64,000 bases of DNA, taken from positions 3-64,002 of the forward strand of contig DAGG01000030.1 in NCBI GenBank assembly GCA_002498125.1, read 5' to 3'. The stretch is from Candidatus Woesearchaeota archaeon UBA525 (GTDB lineage Archaea > Nanobdellota > Nanobdellia > Woesearchaeales > UBA525). The notes beneath the pieces are model-generated. The model ran no database searches. It had not been told where the DNA came from and saw only the letters and a program-made list of their open reading frames with translations. Below, in pieces: positions 58,549-64,000 of the stretch. Position 1 is the stretch's first letter. Each line of letters starts with the position of its first letter. A program made the translations under genes and the position numbers.

Positions 58549-60299
58549 TTCGCCCTCTCGAGGGCCATGTTGTGCGCAGTCAAGTAGTATTGCGCGAAGT
58601 TCTTCCAGTCGCAGAGGCTCGCGAGCGTTTTCGCGGAGTACCCGCGCTGCACACGCTCCGCGTGGTCGAATGACGTGAACTTATGCAGCTCATCGACCAG
58701 CGCACGCACAGTCTCATTGTACGGGACCCCCATGCGCTTGAGCACGTACACACCATTCTCCGACGGAAGGTTCCGGCCCTTGATGTACCGTCCAAAACCG
58801 GCAAGATCGGTCGTGATGGCAGGGACGCCGAGCACTGCGGATTCCAGCGGCGTGTACCCCCACGGCTCGTACAGGCTCGGGAAGATGCCGAGATGCGCGC
58901 CGACAGTGGCATCGTAGTACTGCAGATTGAGCACACCATCGGATCCATCAAGGTATCCGGGATAGATAATGACCTTGACGCGATCCTCCTCCTGGTTGTC
59001 CAGACCGACTGCCTTGCACCTCGCGATGATAGGGTCGCTTTCACCAGGGCCATCGTGCGTCACGAGAGGCGCGTCGCCGGGGCGGCGGAAATGCTTGATA
59101 TCCTCATGCAACTCCCTTATGAAACTGCTCGTGAAGAGATCATCCTCGCCAGGCTTGTGCCCGCTGAGGAAATCGAGGATGAGCTTCTGCTGGAGCGACT
59201 TGCTCTGCCACTCGATAGCGGACTTAATGTGCTCGTAGAAGTTCTTCCTCTCCAACACCTCATGGCGTACGCCTGCACGACCCATGATGACCCAGAAGAT
59301 CATCACCACAGTGACGTCGCTGCGCTCCTCCTTGAGACGGCGATTGAGTTCAGCGAGCGCATCGACTATCATATCGAGACCCTTGTTCTGGTACTCGTAA
59401 CGGCCTGACGTGAAGAAGAAGAGCGTCTTCTCCAGGTCGAAGACGTAGTGCGGGAAGAACATGTAAGCGGTGAACTCGCGCAGGAGCTCCTTGCTATGGT
59501 AATGGCGCAGGCTTGTCTCCTCGAATGTCGGAAACTTGTCGATGAAGAAGCCGTTGTAGAGCAGAACGTCTGGCTTTCGTCCGAGCAGCTTCTCCGCCTC
59601 AAGGCCTGTGATCTCACTCACCGTCGTGAAGACATGCGCAGTCTTCGCGCACGCGACCTCGGTGAGATGCTTGTCCTGCACCCCGAGCCTGTACGCCCAC
59701 TCGGCAGGATTGATGTTGCTGAGCATGTCATAGAGGGGATGGCCGTTGCCTGCTATGGTGCGGCCGAGCATCGTCGCGTGCGTAGTGAAGACCGTCCCCA
59801 CTTTCGCTCCGACGGCATTGAGGTGCAGGAGCGCGAAGCCACTTATCCATTCGTGGCATTGCGCGATGATGCGGTCATCATGCTCCTTCGCGTACTCCTC
59901 GATGACCATGCCTGCGGCTGTAGCGAAGCACATCGGCTCATCAAATTCCCATGCAGACTTGAGCGAGTCGATGCCATACCGCTCCCAGAGACCTGCCTTG
60001 ATTGCGTTGCGCTGTTCAAAGAGCGCGTGGAAATCCACGAGAATCGTCGTCGGTTCGCCAGGGACCATCCATGTGCCGTAACGGCATCTGACGCCACGGC
60101 CCTCGAGTGTCTTAAGGACGTTGCGCCACCGTTCGGGGACGGGGCGTTCGTCGAACTCCGGGCTCTGCTCGAATGCAGGGCCGATGAGCACGTACTCCGA
60201 GTAGTGTTCCTTGATGAAAGGCACTTTGCTGCGGACGACGGTGTAGATGCCGCCGACCTTGTTGCACACCTCCCAGGAGACCTCGAAGAGCGTTGCCAT
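58545..60299 (-). CDS. GT3 glycogen synthase
   Basis: FEVSWEVCNKVGGIYTV, FTTHATMLGR, GRYEYQNKG, FPSLYEPWGYTP. Confidence 0.93.
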   Translation of the reverse strand: MATLFEVSWEVCNKVGGIYTVVRSKVPFIKEHYSEYVLIGPAFEQSPEFDERPVPERWRNVLKTLEGRGVRCRYGTWMVPGEPTTILVDFHALFEQRNAIKAGLWERYGIDSLKSAWEFDEPMCFATAAGMVIEEYAKEHDDRIIAQCHEWISGFALLHLNAVGAKVGTVFTTHATMLGRTIAGNGHPLYDMLSNINPAEWAYRLGVQDKHLTEVACAKTAHVFTTVSEITGLEAEKLLGRKPDVLLYNGFFIDKFPTFEETSLRHYHSKELLREFTAYMFFPHYVFDLEKTLFFFTSGRYEYQNKGLDMIVDALAELNRRLKEERSDVTVVMIFWVIMGRAGVRHEVLERKNFYEHIKSAIEWQSKSLQQKLILDFLSGHKPGEDDLFTSSFIRELHEDIKHFRRPGDAPLVTHDGPGESDPIIARCKAVGLDNQEEDRVKVIIYPGYLDGSDGVLNLQYYDATVGAHLGIFPSLYEPWGYTPLESAVLGVPAITTDLAGFGRYIKGRNLPSENGVYVLKRMGVPYNETVRALVDELHKFTSFDHAERVQRGYSAKTLASLCDWKNFAQYYLTAHNMALERAK

Positions 60300-60901
60300 T
60301 AGAATGAGAGGATGCGTCCCAGGATGAGGCCGACGATGAGGCCGAAGACCAGTCCGTACATGAAATCGCGCACGATCATGCGGCTCGCATCATGGTCTTC
60401 CAGCGCGGGCTGCGCGGCCGACGTCTGCGTACCGAACAGCTCTTCGCGCACCTTGCCTTCTATCTTCGGTTCGCTGGCGTTCTCCTCGATGATGGTGAAA
60501 TCAGCGGTCTCAGCCGTCCTCACGCCTTGCGCAGGCTCTATGCTCGGCACCTCCTCCACAGCGAGTCCTTCTCCGGCCTCGGCGCCGAGAGGTGACGCGT
60601 AGAGGTCCTGCTCAATCCGCGACTGCATGTCGGAGCGCGCAGCGGTGATCGGTCTCGGATGGAGGTGGTCGTTGATGATCTCGACCGTCTCGACGATGCT
60701 CGTGACCTTCTGCAGGTCATCGGCGAGCCGCTCATCCTTGTGCACATGACGTATCCATGCCGCAAAGTCATTCTTCTGCGCGTTCACGTGATGATAGAAT
60801 TCCTGATAGCTGACACGCTCGATCTTCTCCTTGAGCTGCTCGACCGTGGCTACAGATTCTCCATCGCGGAAGTGGAACTGTTTCTCATACGGAATGTCCA
60901 T
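60299..60901 (-). CDS. DUF5752-like domain protein with C-terminal TM
   Basis: FHFRDGE...FYHHVNAQKNDFAAWIR. Confidence 0.75.
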   Translation of the reverse strand: MDIPYEKQFHFRDGESVATVEQLKEKIERVSYQEFYHHVNAQKNDFAAWIRHVHKDERLADDLQKVTSIVETVEIINDHLHPRPITAARSDMQSRIEQDLYASPLGAEAGEGLAVEEVPSIEPAQGVRTAETADFTIIEENASEPKIEGKVREELFGTQTSAAQPALEDHDASRMIVRDFMYGLVFGLIVGLILGRILSF

Positions 60902-60936
60902 AGGTATTCCCCCAGCCCTCCGCTGGGAAACCCGCT

Positions 60937-61320
60937 TCAGTCATGCCCCGCCATGTGGCGGTAGATGACGAGCTGCAGGTGCTTCTTGTCGCCGGTGCCG
61001 AGCACTTTACGTGCGAGCTCTACGTCCTCGAACACGTCACGGATCCAGTTGTGGAAGTCATTCCTGTCCGCAGTGACGTGGTGGTGGAATACGTGGTCCT
61101 CGAGTTGATCGAGGATGCTCGCGAGCTCAGCGACGTTCTTGACCGGTTGGCCGTTGGCCAGTACGAAGTACTGCCCTTCTGGTATATCACGCGTCAAGTT
61201 GTATATGCGTACACGTGATGCGACCGGTTGTGTCGCTGGTCTCGACGCCGCCTTGCCGCCTGCCTTCTTGGCCGGTGCCTTCTTGGCCGGTGCCTTCTTC
61301 TTAGATGCCAATTTCCTCAC
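60937..61320 (-). CDS. DUF5752-like domain protein with PAKKA basic tail
   Basis: FVLANGQ...FHHHVTADRNDFHNWIRDVF. Confidence 0.75.
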   Translation of the reverse strand: MRKLASKKKAPAKKAPAKKAGGKAASRPATQPVASRVRIYNLTRDIPEGQYFVLANGQPVKNVAELASILDQLEDHVFHHHVTADRNDFHNWIRDVFEDVELARKVLGTGDKKHLQLVIYRHMAGHD

Positions 61321-61374
61321 CCCTCCTCTTATCCGATGCTCTTGGATTTATAAGGATTTTGATTATTTCCGTCG

Positions 61375-62619
61375 TCATACAATATGCATGACCTGCTCGC
61401 TTGGACGCTGTGTTATGTGCGCGACCGGCTGGAGCGTCTTCACTTTCGCACGCAGCGCCACGTCGTTGAGCACATTCATGAATGCGATATAGCCTTCGTA
61501 CGGACTCTCGTACGGGCTGAAGTACTTGTGGACGTCGCCGTCGCTGAACCACTTCGTACACATGTAGTAGAAGTGGTCGCTCGTAGTGAGCTTGCGCCAG
61601 TCCTCCATGAGGTGTTCATCTCCTGCTACGCGCACCGCCTTGCTCAGCCTGTAGAGCTCGTCGATCGCGCTCTGCTGCATCTTGTTACCGAGCCATGCGG
61701 TGAGATCTCGTTCGAGATCTGCCCAGCTGATGAAGTTGTGCACGTCAACCTCATCCATCATCGGGTAGCTCGCAGTCACCTCGCTCACGGTCTTGAAGTC
61801 GTTGTGCGGATGCTTGAGGAACTCCTCAGGAAGCGCACGCATGAAATCGAAGATCCCTGTATCCTCCCACTGGTGCTCGCCGAAGGTCTCGTAGTCCATG
61901 AAGAGATTAACAGTCTGACCTGCGCCGTTGACGTTGTTGAGCCAGTTCACGTACTTGTCCACTGTGAGCGGCCATTCGTTCCAACCACGGTTGCTGAAGC
62001 GGAACGCGACGTCATCAGAGAGGCGGTAGTTCTTCATGAGCAACGACATGTTCTCCGTGCTCTTGCTCTTGTAAACGAAGTTGCTGCTGCGCCACCCTAG
62101 GACGGGATCCCATCCTTCTGCGAGTATCGTGTTAAAGCCGAGCTTCTCCACGTGGTGCGCGAGCTCGTTGTTGTAGATGAGCTCTGTGTTGCGGAACGCC
62201 TTGGGCTCCTGGCCGAAAAGCTCCTTGATGATCTCGCGCTGCTTGTTCACCTGCGAGCAGAACTCCTCCTTATCGTAGAGGAATGAGAGGCTGTGGTAGT
62301 ATGTCTCTGCGAGGAACTCGACCTGGCCCGTTGCCGCGAGCTGCTGGAATGAGTGCAGGACCTCTGGCGCGTAGAGCTTCATCTGCTCGAGCGCGACGCC
62401 GCTGACGCTGAAGGAGACCTTGAACTTGCCCTGATGCTTGTTGATGAGCTCTAGGAGAAGGTTGTTCGTTGGCAGGTAGCACTTGCGCGCGACTTTGCGC
62501 ATGACCTCGGCGTTTTTCTGCTCATCGAAGTAGTCATGGTTGCGGCCAATGTCGAAGACAGAGTAGCGCCGCAGGCGGAAGGGCTGGTGTACCTGGAAGT
62601 AGAAGCAGATGCTGACCAC
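61375..62619 (-). CDS. GH57 alpha-amylase
   Basis: FQVHQP, ETYYHSL, FRNTELIY, DYETFGEHQ, TTSDHFYY. Confidence 0.95.
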   Translation of the reverse strand: MVSICFYFQVHQPFRLRRYSVFDIGRNHDYFDEQKNAEVMRKVARKCYLPTNNLLLELINKHQGKFKVSFSVSGVALEQMKLYAPEVLHSFQQLAATGQVEFLAETYYHSLSFLYDKEEFCSQVNKQREIIKELFGQEPKAFRNTELIYNNELAHHVEKLGFNTILAEGWDPVLGWRSSNFVYKSKSTENMSLLMKNYRLSDDVAFRFSNRGWNEWPLTVDKYVNWLNNVNGAGQTVNLFMDYETFGEHQWEDTGIFDFMRALPEEFLKHPHNDFKTVSEVTASYPMMDEVDVHNFISWADLERDLTAWLGNKMQQSAIDELYRLSKAVRVAGDEHLMEDWRKLTTSDHFYYMCTKWFSDGDVHKYFSPYESPYEGYIAFMNVLNDVALRAKVKTLQPVAHITQRPSEQVMHIV

Positions 62620-63872
62620 TAACGAACCTCCAAGAGAACTGGGCGGCTTGCCGCCTCCTCGTAGATGCGGATGCAGGCGTCCGCGGGCGCTTCCCAGGTG
62701 AATGTACTAATCTCTATCGCGCCGTGGTGCGTAAGCGTGGCGTGCAGCGAATCATAAGTGAGTGCAGCGATCATCTTGTTCGCAAGATCCTCTACATCCC
62801 AGAAATCCACCTTGAGCGCGTGGTTCAGGACCTCGCTGACACCGCTCTGGCGGCTAACAATTGCTGGCGTGCCGTTCTTCATAGCCTCGAGCGGCACGAT
62901 CCCGAAGGGTTCGCTCACGCTCGGCATAACGAAGAGGTCAGCCATGCGGTAGAGTTTGTCACCCTCCTCTCGCGTCACGAAGCCGGGAAATATGACCTTA
63001 TTGCCCAGGCCGAGCTCTGCAGCGCGCTCGATCATGCGCGGGAGCATGTCACCGGTGCCGGCGATGACGAACTTCACATTGGGCATGAGCGGCACGACCT
63101 TTGCCGCCGCCTCGAGGAAGTAGTCGGGCCCTTTTTGGAGCGTGACTCGGCCAAGGAACAGCACGAGCTTGTCGTTCGCCGAGAGGCGTTCGCGCGTCAC
63201 TGTGATGCCGTCATCAGATTCGACGCTATTGTAGACAACCTGGATTCGGTCGGGATTGACGTAGTACTGGTTGATGAGGCGCTGCTTGACCATCTTGCTG
63301 ACTGCGATAATCGTGTCTGCTTGATGGAAACCGTCGTGCTCTATCTTGTAGACTGTCGGGTCGGCGTGCTCGCCGCCGGTCTTGTCGAACTCTGTGATGT
63401 GCACGTGCAGTACGAGTGGTTTGCCGGTCTTGCGCTTGAGCGCGAGCGCCGCCGGGATTGTGGTCCAGTCGTGCGCGTGGATGACATCGAACTCTTCGTC
63501 CTCCGCTATCTCGCAGACTGCCTGAGCGAAGCGATCCATCTCCTCCAGAAGGTTCGCGCTGTAGAGCTTACCGAACTGCTTGTCGCGCTGGCCAATGCTC
63601 ATCTTCTGGTAGTTCCAGCTGTACTCCTGCACCGAGGCGTAGGGTGTGATGAGTGACTTGACACTCTTGGTCTTGATGCCTAGCTTGCGCATCTCGTGGC
63701 TCGCGACTAGGAGCTTGACATGAGAACTTGAGACGTGCTCAGGGCCGTTCGGCATGATGTACGTGACCTGGATTCCCTTCTTGGCGAGCGCCTTCGTGAG
63801 CTCATAGGTCACTGTGCCGACACCGCCAGCGAAGTATGGCGGGAATTCCCATCCGAGCATCAGTACGCGCAT
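62619..63872 (-). CDS. GT4 glycosyltransferase (glycogen-cluster type)
   Basis: LGWEFPP, HAHDW, LGRVTLQKGP, PSVSEPFG. Confidence 0.93.
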   Translation of the reverse strand: MRVLMLGWEFPPYFAGGVGTVTYELTKALAKKGIQVTYIMPNGPEHVSSSHVKLLVASHEMRKLGIKTKSVKSLITPYASVQEYSWNYQKMSIGQRDKQFGKLYSANLLEEMDRFAQAVCEIAEDEEFDVIHAHDWTTIPAALALKRKTGKPLVLHVHITEFDKTGGEHADPTVYKIEHDGFHQADTIIAVSKMVKQRLINQYYVNPDRIQVVYNSVESDDGITVTRERLSANDKLVLFLGRVTLQKGPDYFLEAAAKVVPLMPNVKFVIAGTGDMLPRMIERAAELGLGNKVIFPGFVTREEGDKLYRMADLFVMPSVSEPFGIVPLEAMKNGTPAIVSRQSGVSEVLNHALKVDFWDVEDLANKMIAALTYDSLHATLTHHGAIEISTFTWEAPADACIRIYEEAASRPVLLEVR

Positions 63873-64000
63873 TTCCCTGTCTAGGGCTAGCAAGAAGACT
63901 TGCTACAACCCCACTCCACCTATTTTTACCAACATTTACGTGCACGTCTTTATAAATCTTTAGTAGGTTTGATATCGTCAAGGTTACCATTTCCCGACGA

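Noticed and set aside
1..64000. Many antisense or alternate-frame ORFs (e.g. 17302..18360, 35309..36250, 62724..63656)
   Set aside because: Shadows of real genes caused by high GC3 codon bias

Overview
Archaeal genomic DNA, most consistent with a DPANN/Woesearchaeota-type organism. Support comes from GatD+GatE, CDC48, archaeal SMC/Mre11, RNase HII with a PIP box, intron-containing tRNAs without encoded CCA, and TATA-box promoters about 25 nt before leaderless starts. Housekeeping genes (adk, truD, gatE, cdc48, gatD, smc, rnhB, cysS, valS, mre11) alternate with accessory loci: a surface-protein operon led by two RHH genes, a GT/HAD/kinase island around tRNA-Arg, two tandem giant Cys-rich proteins, a membrane-protein operon, and a glycogen cluster at the right end. 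Main highlights: (1) a complete ECF sigma-70 factor behind an archaeal TATA promoter, along with other bacterial-type orphans (PAS kinase, short MiaA/IPT-like prenyltransferase, LysM-like proteins); (2) a tRNA-Arg(CCU) intron with box C/D guide-RNA geometry and candidate 23S rRNA targets; (3) tandem copies of the tRNA 5' end in its leader; (4) RNase HII with a C-terminal RNase HIII-type TBP-like domain; (5) an exact 15-nt motif shared by two accessory promoters; (6) several structured intergenic ncRNA candidates. All family assignments are by eye; no searches were run.
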